Source: a virus
Taxonomy: Duplodnaviria > Caudoviricetes
IMG/VR virus record: IMGVR_UViG_3300033562_000166
Span: 1 to 47,198 of that record
Length of the DNA: 47,198 nucleotides
Direction: 5' to 3' (one strand)
In this document: one piece after another, positions 1 to 9,609 of the stretch
Numbering within the stretch: the stretch's first letter is position 1
Layout of the letters: each line of letters starts with the position of its first letter
Program-made: the position numbers and the translations under genes
Notes under the pieces: model-generated
Told to the model about the DNA's origin: nothing
Database searches by the model: none
Seen by the model: the letters and a program-made list of their open reading frames with translations, nothing else

Positions 1-14
1 AGAGGCAACAGCAG
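1..14. repeat. Terminal direct repeat / circular overlap (copy 1)
   Basis: AGAGGCAACAGCAG at 1-14 is identical to 47185-47198; joining the ends keeps the tape measure frame open. Confidence 0.9.
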
Positions 15-1174
15 AACTCGCAAAGCTTGAAAGTGCTGCCAAAAAATCAACCCAATCAATGGCGGCGGCTGCTGGTGCTGCACTTGGTGGAACATCTCAA
101 ATACTTGGTTCTGTAGTTGATGGACTCGATGCTCTTGGAGTTTTAAATGAGCAACAAAAAAAAGATGCTGAAAACGTAATCGGCATGGTAAGTGGTGCGG
201 CTGATTTGGCAATGGGTATTGCGTCGGGCGATCCGATGAAAATAATTCAGGGCTCAATCGCTTTAATCGTTAATGGCTTTGAACTATTCGATAAAAAGTC
301 ACGTGATGCAGCAAAACGAGTTAAAGAGCACGAAGAGAATTTGAAAGACCTACAAGAAAGTTACAAAGGTTTAGAAAAAGCGATTGACAAAGCACTCGGA
401 ACTGGTGTTTACGATGCACAAGCAAAGGCTATACAGAACCAAAAGCAGCAGATTCAGGAGCTTCAACTTGCAGCAGAGGCTGAGGGCGACAAGAAGAAAA
501 AGGACCAGGGCAAAATTGATGGTTACAAAGACCAAGCAGAGGCATTGAAAGACCAAATTGAGGCAACGATTCAAGGAATTAAAGAAAGCATTCTCACGTC
601 TGACGTTAAAGGCGTGGCAAACGAACTTGGCTCTGCTATTATCGACGCATTTGTGGCTGGTGAAGATGCAGCGGCGGCATGGGGCGATAAGGTAAATGAC
701 ATTGTTGGTGGAATAATTAAGAAACTGCTAATTCAAAAGCTCGTTGAGGGTCCAGTTGGTGGAATTATCAATTCTTACATGTCGAAGTGGGTTGGCGAGG
801 ATGGACAGTTGCTCATGGATGCCGATGGCATTATGAATTCTGCCTCTGAAATGGGCGACAAGCTTACTGCCCTTGGTGGGAACATAGAAAGTGTTTTGGC
901 CACAATGCCTGAAAGTATTCAAAAATACTTAGGTGGTGATGGTGGAAGCAAAAAAGCATTAAGCGGCTCAATACAGAATGTAAGCGAAGAAACTGCAAGT
1001 ATCATTTCGGGTCAAATGAACGCAATGCGTATCAATCAGATTGAATCTATTGCAATTATGCGGAATCAATTGCTTGCGCTCGATAGAATAGCAGTATATA
1101 CATTTAATCTTGTTGAGATTCTAAGCGTTTTAAAGTCATTAAACAATAACTCACTAAGGTCGCAAGGCTTGTAA
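2..1174 (+). CDS. Tail tape measure protein, C-terminal part (continues from 44561 across the circular join)
   Basis: Frame is open from base 2 and matches the frame of the 44561 ORF after removing the 14-bp overlap; Ala/Gly-rich helical sequence; combined length about 1265 aa. Confidence 0.88.
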   Translation, partial: EATAELAKLESAAKKSTQSMAAAAGAALGGTSQILGSVVDGLDALGVLNEQQKKDAENVIGMVSGAADLAMGIASGDPMKIIQGSIALIVNGFELFDKKSRDAAKRVKEHEENLKDLQESYKGLEKAIDKALGTGVYDAQAKAIQNQKQQIQELQLAAEAEGDKKKKDQGKIDGYKDQAEALKDQIEATIQGIKESILTSDVKGVANELGSAIIDAFVAGEDAAAAWGDKVNDIVGGIIKKLLIQKLVEGPVGGIINSYMSKWVGEDGQLLMDADGIMNSASEMGDKLTALGGNIESVLATMPESIQKYLGGDGGSKKALSGSIQNVSEETASIISGQMNAMRINQIESIAIMRNQLLALDRIAVYTFNLVEILSVLKSLNNNSLRSQGL

Positions 1175-1185
1175 AATTATACAAC

Positions 1186-1701
1186 ATGAGTAGATTATCA
1201 AAAGAGCTTGCAAAGCAGGCAGCAAAGCACGGAATTTGCGAAGAGTGGCGTTCGGAATTAAGGAGTCAAAGCGACATTGATGCGATGCTTGACATGTATA
1301 TCAAAGGGATTGACTTTTGCTTGTCGAATGAATACCCGACAAATGATTTTATTCGCAAAAACTTCAAGGGCAAAATGGAGCATAAAGGCATCCATTTAGA
1401 TGAAAAAGCCTCGATTGAAAATGATAAAAAAGCGGTGTTGCTCGGCGATTGTGATGTAATGTTCACGGCTAAAGAGTACAGCGTTTGTGAGGTATTTGTT
1501 AAGCACAATTCAAAGGTTCGGGTTTCGGCAACGGACAACTCATTTACCGTGATCGATATGTTCGACAATTCGAGCGTTTACGTTCATGCAAATGGAAATG
1601 CAAAGGTACGCATAAACAGATACGGTGGGCATTTAGACTTTGTAGAAGATGAAAATGCGATAGTTAAGGTAGTGGATAAAAATAGCAAAAAATACGAATA
1701 A
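1186..1701 (+). CDS. Tail-module hypothetical protein
   Basis: 171-aa ORF tightly packed between tape measure and Dit-like genes; beta-rich C-terminal half. Confidence 0.7.
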   Translation: MSRLSKELAKQAAKHGICEEWRSELRSQSDIDAMLDMYIKGIDFCLSNEYPTNDFIRKNFKGKMEHKGIHLDEKASIENDKKAVLLGDCDVMFTAKEYSVCEVFVKHNSKVRVSATDNSFTVIDMFDNSSVYVHANGNAKVRINRYGGHLDFVEDENAIVKVVDKNSKKYE

Positions 1702-1702
1702 C

Positions 1703-2359
1703 ATGGAAGTTATATATAAAATTGACGGCATTGATATGTCGACCTATGGAGTGTATGTTTCGGCATCAGAGGGGCTATTGAGCCGACCAAAACCAAAAAA
1801 GCCACTTTCTGTTCAATGGCAGGATTACAACGGTGAAGTTGTAGACCTTTCGAAACGCACTTACGAGCCTCGCGAAATAGAGTTAGAATGCTTTATTAAA
1901 GCCGATTCACAGTGGGAGTTTCAGGATAAATGCAAAACGTTTCTTGATGTTTTTGATTTGGTTGACACAAAAAGGTTAAGTGTATCAGTTGGCGATGCTA
2001 TCAAACCATTGGTTTATGAAGTTTACGGCGCAGATGCTATTGAGATAAAAAAAACTTGGAGCGAAAAAAATATGGTAGGTACTTTCAAGTTGAAATTGAC
2101 AGAGCCTGAACCGATTAAAAAAGTAATAAAGTTTATTGCTGTTACAGGTGCAATGCAAACTTCGATCACTGTTACAAGTGCGAAGTTGCTAAACGTGTAC
2201 TGGGGTGACTGTTCGCACACTTATGACGTAAGTGGAATAGCTCAAACAGTTACGCACACATTTTCAACAACTGGTACTTATTACATAGTAGTGACAGGAA
2301 ATATCGACGAAATTACTTCACTAACCACCAACGGCGAAATCGTATGGAGCAAATTATAA
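1703..2359 (+). CDS. Distal tail (Dit)-like protein
   Basis: Position after the tape measure gene; IDGIDMSTYGVYV..YEPREIELEC pattern typical of siphophage Dit. Confidence 0.7.
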   Translation: MEVIYKIDGIDMSTYGVYVSASEGLLSRPKPKKPLSVQWQDYNGEVVDLSKRTYEPREIELECFIKADSQWEFQDKCKTFLDVFDLVDTKRLSVSVGDAIKPLVYEVYGADAIEIKKTWSEKNMVGTFKLKLTEPEPIKKVIKFIAVTGAMQTSITVTSAKLLNVYWGDCSHTYDVSGIAQTVTHTFSTTGTYYIVVTGNIDEITSLTTNGEIVWSKL

Positions 2360-5300
2360 TCACACATAAAGACGGCACAACGCTAAAGCTTCAATCGAAA
2401 GCGAATGTAAGCGCAATTACAAGAGCCGAACAGACAGTTGAGCTATTGGGGCAAGACATTGTAAACATATCCGTATTGTCGGCAAAGAAACTTACTTTTT
2501 TGCTTGGTGATAAAATAACTATCGTTGGGCGCGACTACACAATGAACACCCCCGCAACAGAACGGAAACTTTCTGAAACTCAATTCATTTATGACTTACA
2601 GTTTGAGGGCGTTCAGTATGACATGATTCGGGCGGCTTACAGCGTAAATGTTGACACGACAAGTAATGAGATTCAGGATATAAACGGTGATTCGCTTACA
2701 GGCGATTTAAAAAGGTTTTTGGATGTTTTAATCTCGAACCTTAATCGTGTGTTTCCTGACAAATGGGTGCTTGGTACTTATCCAACCACAACCGAAACAA
2801 TAACAGAAACATTTAGCGATACCGATAACTGTTTGAGCGTTTTACAAGGCCTTTGCAGCGAAGATAAGTATAACACGGAGTTTCATATTGCAATTGCAGA
2901 AAACGGCACTCGAACGCTTAATGTAGGTGCTACAGGTGCAACAATGGCTTATACTTTTGAATACGGCAAAGGAAAAGGCATTTACGAGCTGACAAGGCAA
3001 AAAATAAGCTCTTCAAATATCGTTACCCGATTGAATGTTTTTGGTTCGTCTAAAAACATAATGACCTCGAAATACCGTGCTTTCAAATTGTGTTTGCCCG
3101 GTAAAAGCAAATCACAAAGCTACTTGGAAAATGATACTGCTATTGCAAAGTATGGAGTTTGGGAGGGTACAAAGAATTTTGAAGACATTTATCCGCACCG
3201 CAAGGCGAATGTTACTGCACTGGGAGCTGATGAATTGACATTTACGGATAATTCAATGGACTTTGACTTGAATGCAAAAGATGGAAATGGAAACACACTG
3301 TATTTAATCGCAGGAACAAGCCCAAAAGTGCACTTTAACAGTGGCAATTTGGCAGGTTACGACTTCGAAGTTACAAGCTACAAGCACGCAACGAAGACGT
3401 TTACATTGAAGCCTCAAACGGACGAAAACGGCTACACGTTCCCATCGCCAACATCGGCGGCTTTCAAGTTTGCCATTGACGATGAATATACGATTACTGA
3501 CATTTACATGCCTCAATCATATGTTGATACAGCGGAAGAGAAGCTTGCAACGGCTGGGGCTGATTACTTGGCAAAATACAGTCAACCGCTTGTTAGTTAT
3601 GGGTTGACAGTTGATAATTTCTTTTTGCGTGATATTATAGGAATGGAAGTGGAAAGCAACTTGATTTGGGCTGGTGATTATATTCCGATCAAAGACACTG
3701 ACTTGGAAGTTGACAAGACAATTAGGGTTAAGGGGTTTAGTCGTGACTTAATGCAGGATATGAGCTACAGCCTTACTATTGCCGATTTGCCTATTACTGT
3801 TACGACCGTTTCAAAGGTGATTACTGAGCTAAGTCATGTTGATAAAATAATTAAATACAACAATCTGAACGACCATGCAAGAGCTCGCAGGAATTACAAG
3901 GCAGCTTCAGAACTTGTAACTATGATTGAAACAGTACAAGCTGAAGCGATATTGGTAGGTAATGACCCTGCTGCTCAATTTGACTTAACAGGCGTTGCAA
4001 TTCGGGCGAACTACAACAAGAACGCCAACACGATAGACTTTTCTGCTGGAACACTTAATCACAATTACTATCCGATTGGTGTTCCTGGAACATGGACTAT
4101 TTCGGCAGGTAACTTTGCAAGCTTAACACCTGCAACGGCTTACTATGTGTATATCAAAGCGAGCAAATCGGCTGCAACGGCTGTATTTTATTTATCGAGC
4201 ACAAAAATAGGAGTTGAAGATGTTTCAGGATATTATCATTTTCCGCTTGGTTTGCTCTCGTCTGTAATCGATGGTGCGAGGGTTTTCACTTCGACAAAGG
4301 GTTATACCCTTATAACTGGTGACAGCATTCGTACAGGTAGAATTTCATCGAACGACGGAACTCGCTATTTTGATCTAGCTACAGGCGAATTCAAGGGCGA
4401 CTTTAAATTCACTTCAGGAACTAGCGTTGAAACAGCCATCACAGAAACTGGTGAAAGTGCTGTGAATACAGCTCTTGAATATGGCACTGGTAAGAATATA
4501 CTACCTGACAGTGAGTTCGCAGGAGGCTTGCAGGGGTGGAGTTTTGCATATACTTCAGCTGCTTTTGCTGATGTGGTTAAGGGCTTAAATTGGAATTCCG
4601 ACTGGTCGCTAAATGGCAATACGGATGCTTACAACACACAAGGTCTGAATACCTTATTTTTCAGACAAGAAAGTGGTTATATTGATTCTGAACATCAGTA
4701 TTTCATGTACAAAGGCTTAAGCGGAATACAAGGAGGCAAAAAGTACATCGCATCCGCTTATGTAGGTAATCACAGAGCGATTAAGGTTGATATGTATATC
4801 AACTTTCAAAATTCAAATGGTAGTTTTGTCGGCTGGAGCGAAATACAAGCAACAGCTGTATGTGTGAATTACGAAGCTTCGGGAGGTGTGAACATAAACG
4901 GTTACAAGCGAATATACCTTGCAACAACAGCACCACAAGACGCTACACAAGCAACACTTATTATTCGTAAGTTCGGCACAGTTCAAGGTCAATCAAATTC
5001 GTACATGTTCCTTTGCCGCCCCATGTTGGAACAGGTCGATTCCCGCACAACCAAACCTGGTCCATGGAGTCCGTATGCTTCGTCGGGGTCAACGGCAGCT
5101 GTTAAAGTAGCAGCTGAACAGGACGCAACTAGCAAAGCTGAAGCTGCACGTTTGGCTGCCGCCGATGATGCAACTAATAAGGTAAATGCTATTCAAATCG
5201 GTGGAGTGAACACCTATTCAAAGACAATTCCTTTGAATAAAATAACAACAAACGGAACTGTAAATAGGCTTGGTGACTATGAGTGGCAGCTAGTCGGATC

Positions 5301-6873
5301 TAATAGCGATCAAAATGTGGCGTTTAGAATCTCAAATGTAATCACATCTAATGGTTGGTGGACTATAAGCTTTGACATTCGAGGTAGTCAAGGCGGAGAA
5401 TATCCCCTGCTTGTTGACGTATGCGATAATCACGCAGGAACTGCATTGACTAACTCAGACGACCAATACAGACGTGTTAGCTTTTCTGTGTTGATAACAA
5501 ACTATACAGCGGCATTGTATAATTTTGTCGATTTCAAATGCCCTGCTTGGGTATATTATTACGTTCGAAACATACAGGTTGAGCATGGGAATAAGGCCAC
5601 GGCGTACAAAAAAAGTCAACAGGATATTGATGAAAAAATTACAGCACTTGACTACCTGAAAGCTGCTTTGACAGGCTCAACAGAAATATCGGGCGGATTG
5701 GTAGGTACAAATGTTATTTTGCTCAAAACACTTGCAGGACTTATAACAGGAGGTATGTCTGGACTTTCAAACGACAATATCGGAATATGGACTGGTGGAA
5801 CGTACCAAAATGCGATTGATTCGCTTGCTAAAATAATACTTCGCAAGGATGGTTCGGGTCAATTGGCAGGGGGTAAGATATTTTGGGATTTGCTCGGAGC
5901 GTTGAACGTCGGTATATTCCAAGTTCGCGACGACCGTGTAGTGGTCACAGGCGAAGATGGAAGTATTGTAATTACACCTAAAGAGGTGGGACAAGTAAAG
6001 TCTACAGCTTCGACTTATAGCGGTAGCTCTGGATATACACAACTTGGTGGCTATCACACCAATCCAATAGTATTCGGAGACAAGTATATAATAAATGAAG
6101 TAAGCTCGATCAACTCAGAGGAATCAGAGTCCAAAGTATCAATTAGCTATGGAATACACAGTCATGTAGATGCTTATAGCTATGATAATTCTAGCTCGTT
6201 AGCCTCCTACCTTCATTTTCAGCCTATAATAGAAATCCTGAATGATAGCAACGATGTTATTGGTATGAGTTTCTTGCCTGCGCATGGAGTTAGTGCATTT
6301 GCGGATGGAGAATACGGCAGTGATAGTACTGCTTTTGACGATAATTCAAGCGTGGTAATTAACTGTACAATACCAGCAGGAAGCTTTAAGGTTAGACTAG
6401 CACTCACAGGGGGAGATAATTATTTTAATGGAACTGGCGATATAAATGGAAGCTCAACCGTAGGGTCTTCAATGTCATTCACAGCCGTTTCAACGACAAA
6501 AGAAACGATAATCGGTTCAGATGGGTTATACGTCCGCCTCGATTCAAGTAACGAATTGCTGATTAAAAAAGATAGCGTTTCGAATAAAATAGCTGTAAGT
6601 TCTAAGGGTGCGTCGTTTGATATCCCCGCTGGCCTTGGTGGCGGAAAGGTTGCTTCAGGGGGTGGACTTTCTGCTCCATGGGGCGCAAAACCACCAACTG
6701 GATGTACTGGTACAACAACCAAAACAATTACGCATAATATTGGCGATACCGACTATACGTTGATGGTTACAATGACATCGAATAACACTTACTATATAAC
6801 AGGTAGGTCGTCGACTCAAATACAGGTAGTCACATCTGGTTCGTTTGAATTTGTGTTTCTAAGGACAAAGTAA
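2344..6873 (+). CDS. Tail tip / baseplate hub (Tal-like) protein with receptor-binding and carbohydrate-binding-like domains
   Basis: 1509 aa following Dit; IVTRLNVFGSSKN hub-like motif; internal NILPDSEF and IQVEHGNKAT beta-sandwich-type segments. Confidence 0.75.
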   Translation: MEQIIITHKDGTTLKLQSKANVSAITRAEQTVELLGQDIVNISVLSAKKLTFLLGDKITIVGRDYTMNTPATERKLSETQFIYDLQFEGVQYDMIRAAYSVNVDTTSNEIQDINGDSLTGDLKRFLDVLISNLNRVFPDKWVLGTYPTTTETITETFSDTDNCLSVLQGLCSEDKYNTEFHIAIAENGTRTLNVGATGATMAYTFEYGKGKGIYELTRQKISSSNIVTRLNVFGSSKNIMTSKYRAFKLCLPGKSKSQSYLENDTAIAKYGVWEGTKNFEDIYPHRKANVTALGADELTFTDNSMDFDLNAKDGNGNTLYLIAGTSPKVHFNSGNLAGYDFEVTSYKHATKTFTLKPQTDENGYTFPSPTSAAFKFAIDDEYTITDIYMPQSYVDTAEEKLATAGADYLAKYSQPLVSYGLTVDNFFLRDIIGMEVESNLIWAGDYIPIKDTDLEVDKTIRVKGFSRDLMQDMSYSLTIADLPITVTTVSKVITELSHVDKIIKYNNLNDHARARRNYKAASELVTMIETVQAEAILVGNDPAAQFDLTGVAIRANYNKNANTIDFSAGTLNHNYYPIGVPGTWTISAGNFASLTPATAYYVYIKASKSAATAVFYLSSTKIGVEDVSGYYHFPLGLLSSVIDGARVFTSTKGYTLITGDSIRTGRISSNDGTRYFDLATGEFKGDFKFTSGTSVETAITETGESAVNTALEYGTGKNILPDSEFAGGLQGWSFAYTSAAFADVVKGLNWNSDWSLNGNTDAYNTQGLNTLFFRQESGYIDSEHQYFMYKGLSGIQGGKKYIASAYVGNHRAIKVDMYINFQNSNGSFVGWSEIQATAVCVNYEASGGVNINGYKRIYLATTAPQDATQATLIIRKFGTVQGQSNSYMFLCRPMLEQVDSRTTKPGPWSPYASSGSTAAVKVAAEQDATSKAEAARLAAADDATNKVNAIQIGGVNTYSKTIPLNKITTNGTVNRLGDYEWQLVGSNSDQNVAFRISNVITSNGWWTISFDIRGSQGGEYPLLVDVCDNHAGTALTNSDDQYRRVSFSVLITNYTAALYNFVDFKCPAWVYYYVRNIQVEHGNKATAYKKSQQDIDEKITALDYLKAALTGSTEISGGLVGTNVILLKTLAGLITGGMSGLSNDNIGIWTGGTYQNAIDSLAKIILRKDGSGQLAGGKIFWDLLGALNVGIFQVRDDRVVVTGEDGSIVITPKEVGQVKSTASTYSGSSGYTQLGGYHTNPIVFGDKYIINEVSSINSEESESKVSISYGIHSHVDAYSYDNSSSLASYLHFQPIIEILNDSNDVIGMSFLPAHGVSAFADGEYGSDSTAFDDNSSVVINCTIPAGSFKVRLALTGGDNYFNGTGDINGSSTVGSSMSFTAVSTTKETIIGSDGLYVRLDSSNELLIKKDSVSNKIAVSSKGASFDIPAGLGGGKVASGGGLSAPWGAKPPTGCTGTTTKTITHNIGDTDYTLMVTMTSNNTYYITGRSSTQIQVVTSGSFEFVFLRTK

Positions 6874-6874
6874 C

Positions 6875-6898
6875 CATTTCGGTGACGTCACCGAAATG
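6875..6898. repeat. Perfect 24-bp palindrome CATTTCGGTGACGTCACCGAAATG
   Basis: Read directly; no loop; immediately after the tail-tip stop codon. Confidence 0.85.
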
Positions 6899-6902
6899 AT
6901 AC

Positions 6903-6939
6903 AAAAAAGGTCAGGAGTTTAGTTCCTGACCTTTTTTTT
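6903..6939. terminator. Bidirectional intrinsic terminator
   Basis: AAAAAAGGTCAGGA-loop-TCCTGACCTTTTTTTT between convergent genes. Confidence 0.88.
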
Positions 6940-6953
6940 GATTTCTGTATTAA

Positions 6954-7529
6954 TTAATTCTGCCCAGCAGCTTTTAAAGCTCGCCACTCTGCTCCCGTAA
7001 TCGGTAAAAATGTAAATGCCGTATTGAAAGTGTTCAAAACAAGTTGCTCGTTTTTTGATTCATAAGCTTGTTTTATGACAGTTTCAGCAGCTCTCAATGT
7101 AGCATTTGGAATATAAGCGAGCGTATCTCTTGGTGCACCATAAGGGGCGAAAAGATCAAATTTAATGATTAGACAATCAACTGATTCTATAAAATCAGGA
7201 ACGTAATTACCTTCTTGGTTAATTATATCAAGTCCGTACATTTTAAGCATCGGATTTTCAGGGTTCAAGTCGCGTTGGTTCGATTCAAAGACACGCTCCC
7301 ACCTGTCACCTTTGAAATTATATTGAATAATGGTAGCTTGCTCCACTATCTGCAACGCAGTAAGGTGTTGTACGGCATCGGCATTAACGCCACGCACTTT
7401 GAGAGGAGTACTAGCAGCAGGCTTAATATTCACTGTAGCAAGGGGGTCAATCTTGAACGCTTTTGGTTCGTCTTTTTCACAAGCCGCAAATACTAATGCG
7501 ATAGTTAAAAATAAAATAATCTTTTTCAT
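6954..7529 (-). CDS. Lipoprotein moron (possible superinfection exclusion or host conversion)
   Basis: MKKIILFLTIALVFAA-C signal peptide with lipobox; own promoter and terminator; antisense to neighbours. Confidence 0.78.
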   Translation of the reverse strand: MKKIILFLTIALVFAACEKDEPKAFKIDPLATVNIKPAASTPLKVRGVNADAVQHLTALQIVEQATIIQYNFKGDRWERVFESNQRDLNPENPMLKMYGLDIINQEGNYVPDFIESVDCLIIKFDLFAPYGAPRDTLAYIPNATLRAAETVIKQAYESKNEQLVLNTFNTAFTFLPITGAEWRALKAAGQN

Positions 7530-7560
7530 TTTGATTGTTTTTTTAATTAATTAATAGTAA

Positions 7561-7587
7561 GTATCAGAGTGATACGCTGCAAAAATA
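7561..7587 (-). promoter_or_regulatory. Operator GTATCAGAGTGATAC plus minus-strand -7 box TATTTTTG
   Basis: Palindrome 7561-7575; CAAAAATA at 7580-7587 is the Bacteroidota TAnnTTTG element on the minus strand. Confidence 0.72.
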
Positions 7588-7683
7588 GATATTATATTCA
7601 ATAAATGTTCTATAAAGAAAGGTTTTAACGCTGATTTAATATGCTTTAACATTACGCCACTTATGATAAACATATGCATTTAG

Positions 7684-7717
7684 GTATCACACTGATACAA
7701 TTGTTTATATTTTTGTG
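7684..7717 (+). promoter_or_regulatory. Operator GTATCACACTGATAC plus lysis promoter TATTTTTGTG
   Basis: Palindrome 7684-7698; -7 box 7708-7715 upstream of the holin. Confidence 0.7.
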
Positions 7718-7762
7718 AAAAAATTAATGTATAACGAGACTTATGTCATAATAATGTAAGAA

Positions 7763-8242
7763 ATGCAAGAAACATCATTCTTTAGCTCTATCATACACGC
7801 CTTGCAGGATGTGTGCACTAACGGTTACGCAATGCTTTCTGGAATAATTATAAGCGTTTTAGGCTATTTTCTGCCAGTTAGCAACATCGTAAATCTACTC
7901 GTATTCTTTTTCATCATTGACGTGGCCTTCGGCTACTGGGCAGCTAATAAATTGAGAGGCGAGAGGTTTTCTGTTAAAATAATTTGGTCGCACACAATAC
8001 CGAGAATGCTTATATCGATAGTGCTGATTATAGGCTCGTTTATGTGGGATAGCGTTTATAATCAGGATGTTATTTGCACTTACAAAATTATTGGGTGGTT
8101 TATTTCGGGCGTTCTGCTTTACTCAATCGCAGAAAATGGCTATAAAATAACAAAGTGGTCGGTGTTCCCGAAAATCGGAGGGTTATTCAAAAAAAATATC
8201 AAGGATAATACAGGGTTGGATATTGGCGACGAAAATAAATAA
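7763..8242 (+). CDS. Holin
   Basis: Several transmembrane segments; LYSIAEN motif of the phage holin 4 type; directly upstream of the endolysin. Confidence 0.75.
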   Translation: MQETSFFSSIIHALQDVCTNGYAMLSGIIISVLGYFLPVSNIVNLLVFFFIIDVAFGYWAANKLRGERFSVKIIWSHTIPRMLISIVLIIGSFMWDSVYNQDVICTYKIIGWFISGVLLYSIAENGYKITKWSVFPKIGGLFKKNIKDNTGLDIGDENK

Positions 8243-8244
8243 AT

Positions 8245-8676
8245 ATGAAGTTAGGTAAATTCTTTACGCTTGACGAACTGATAGTTACGTCAACAGGACT
8301 AATTAACGTACCAAATCAGAGCGAAAAAATCGCTTTGTCAGAGCTTGTGAAAAACATTCTTGATCCTGCTAGAGAGCAAATAGGCATTCCAATCAAAGTC
8401 AATTCAGGTTTTCGATCAAAAGCTATTAATGCTAAAGTAGGCGGAGCGCCAACAAGCCAACACTGCAAAGGTGAAGCGGCTGACTTGGATTGTGCTGATA
8501 ACGCAAAGCTTTTCAATCTAATATCCGACAATTTTGTTTTTGACCAATTAATCTGGGAGGGTGGCGATGATAAACAGCCAGCATGGGTTCATGTAAGTTA
8601 CAAAACGCAAGGCAACCGTGGCGAAGTGTTGCGAATGACAAAGGTTAAAGGAAAATCAATTTATACACGAATTTAA
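8245..8676 (+). CDS. Endolysin, peptidase M15 family
   Basis: SGFRS..N..VGG..TSQHCKGEAAD and WVHVSY zinc-peptidase motifs. Confidence 0.9.
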   Translation: MKLGKFFTLDELIVTSTGLINVPNQSEKIALSELVKNILDPAREQIGIPIKVNSGFRSKAINAKVGGAPTSQHCKGEAADLDCADNAKLFNLISDNFVFDQLIWEGGDDKQPAWVHVSYKTQGNRGEVLRMTKVKGKSIYTRI

Positions 8677-8688
8677 AAAACAAATCTT

Positions 8689-8868
8689 ATGAAATTAAGT
8701 AACATCAACAAGCCAACAGCCGCAAAATGGGGTAAAATTGGCGCAGCTCTCGTATCAGTGAGCGCATTCATTGCAGGTTACGGACTTACAAGCAACAATC
8801 AGATTGTTGGCTTTTCAGGCCTTGCAATTGGAGTTATCGGAACATTCATCACTCAATTAGTAGATTAA
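8689..8868 (+). CDS. Small two-helix membrane protein (59 aa; second holin or antiholin candidate)
   Basis: Translated by hand: MKLSNINKPTAAKWGKIGAALVSVSAFIAGYGLTSNNQIVGFSGLAIGVIGTFITQLVD; fills the gap in the lysis operon. Confidence 0.72.
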   Translation: MKLSNINKPTAAKWGKIGAALVSVSAFIAGYGLTSNNQIVGFSGLAIGVIGTFITQLVD

Positions 8869-8869
8869 T

Positions 8870-9421
8870 ATGAAAACATTCATTTACGGCCTTATATCAG
8901 GCCTTTTGCTGCTAGTTGGTTACATTGCGTATCAATATTTCAGCCCCGAACCTAAGCCCGAGCCAGTTCTTTATGTTGCTGAAAATCTTCGACGTGTTGA
9001 CTCTTTAGAGTTCACAATTTCGCTTAAAGATTCACTAATTGAAAAAGCCGACAAGGCACTAAAATCACGTGAAAGAGTAATTAAGCTACAGCGTGCAAAA
9101 ATAACGGACGTTTCGAGCTATGCCGACAGTCTTGAACAAGCATATTTGTCAGATAAGACAATTGAAAAGTGCGATTCGCTGCTTTACGCTAAAAATAACG
9201 AGATTGCAGAGCGTGACACATTGATTATAAGCCTCGACCTCGAAGCGCGTGAGTACTCAGATAAGATTGTTCTGCTTGTCGAAAAGGTCGATACTCAAAA
9301 TCTGCTTTTATTCGAAAAAGACAAGACGATCGAAAACCTGAATTGTGCTGCCAGTTGGAAAGTTAATCACAGATTTTGGGCGTGGTTAATGGGGTGGAAA
9401 TGCAAACAACCACCGAATTGA
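8870..9421 (+). CDS. Spanin-like membrane-anchored coiled-coil protein
   Basis: N-terminal transmembrane helix, coiled coil, Cys residues, last gene of the lysis cassette. Confidence 0.55.
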   Translation: MKTFIYGLISGLLLLVGYIAYQYFSPEPKPEPVLYVAENLRRVDSLEFTISLKDSLIEKADKALKSRERVIKLQRAKITDVSSYADSLEQAYLSDKTIEKCDSLLYAKNNEIAERDTLIISLDLEAREYSDKIVLLVEKVDTQNLLLFEKDKTIENLNCAASWKVNHRFWAWLMGWKCKQPPN

Positions 9422-9430
9422 AAAAAAACA

Positions 9431-9438
9431 TATATTTG
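9431..9438 (+). promoter_or_regulatory. -7 promoter box TATATTTG for the putative small RNA
   Basis: Matches TAnnTTTG; no ORF downstream; a hairpin begins about 5 nt later. Confidence 0.65.
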
Positions 9439-9442
9439 CGGT

Positions 9443-9510
9443 AGCCAAATTTCAGAAGTTGCGGTCTGAAAGATTGGTGAAAAAGTTCCCTCGACCTCGG
9501 TCGGGGGAAT
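9443..9510 (+). ncRNA. Putative two-hairpin small regulatory RNA with loop AGUUGCGG
   Basis: Hairpin 1: GCCAA..TTTCAGA (9450-9456) / loop 9457-9464 / TCTGAAA..TTGGT. Hairpin 2: TTCCCTCGACC/GGTCGGGGGAA (9486-9509). Loop is complementary to CCGCAAC found at many start codons. Confidence 0.6.
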
Positions 9511-9530
9511 GCTGCAAAGTGGCAAAAACA

Positions 9531-9547
9531 TTACGATATCTTTACGA
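9531..9547 (+). repeat. Integrase arm-type direct repeats, left (TTACGA x2)
   Basis: TTACGA at 9531 and 9542; same motif recurs on the other side of the attP core. Confidence 0.6.
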
Positions 9548-9609
9548 ATAAATTTCTAAAAGTACGCAAATCAATACAGATAAAGTAAATCAGACGTTAA
9601 GACTGTATA

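Noticed and set aside
7561-7575. Palindromic motif as a LexA/SOS box or recombination site
   Set aside because: It does not match SOS boxes I know, and its fixed spacing to promoters fits a transcription-factor operator
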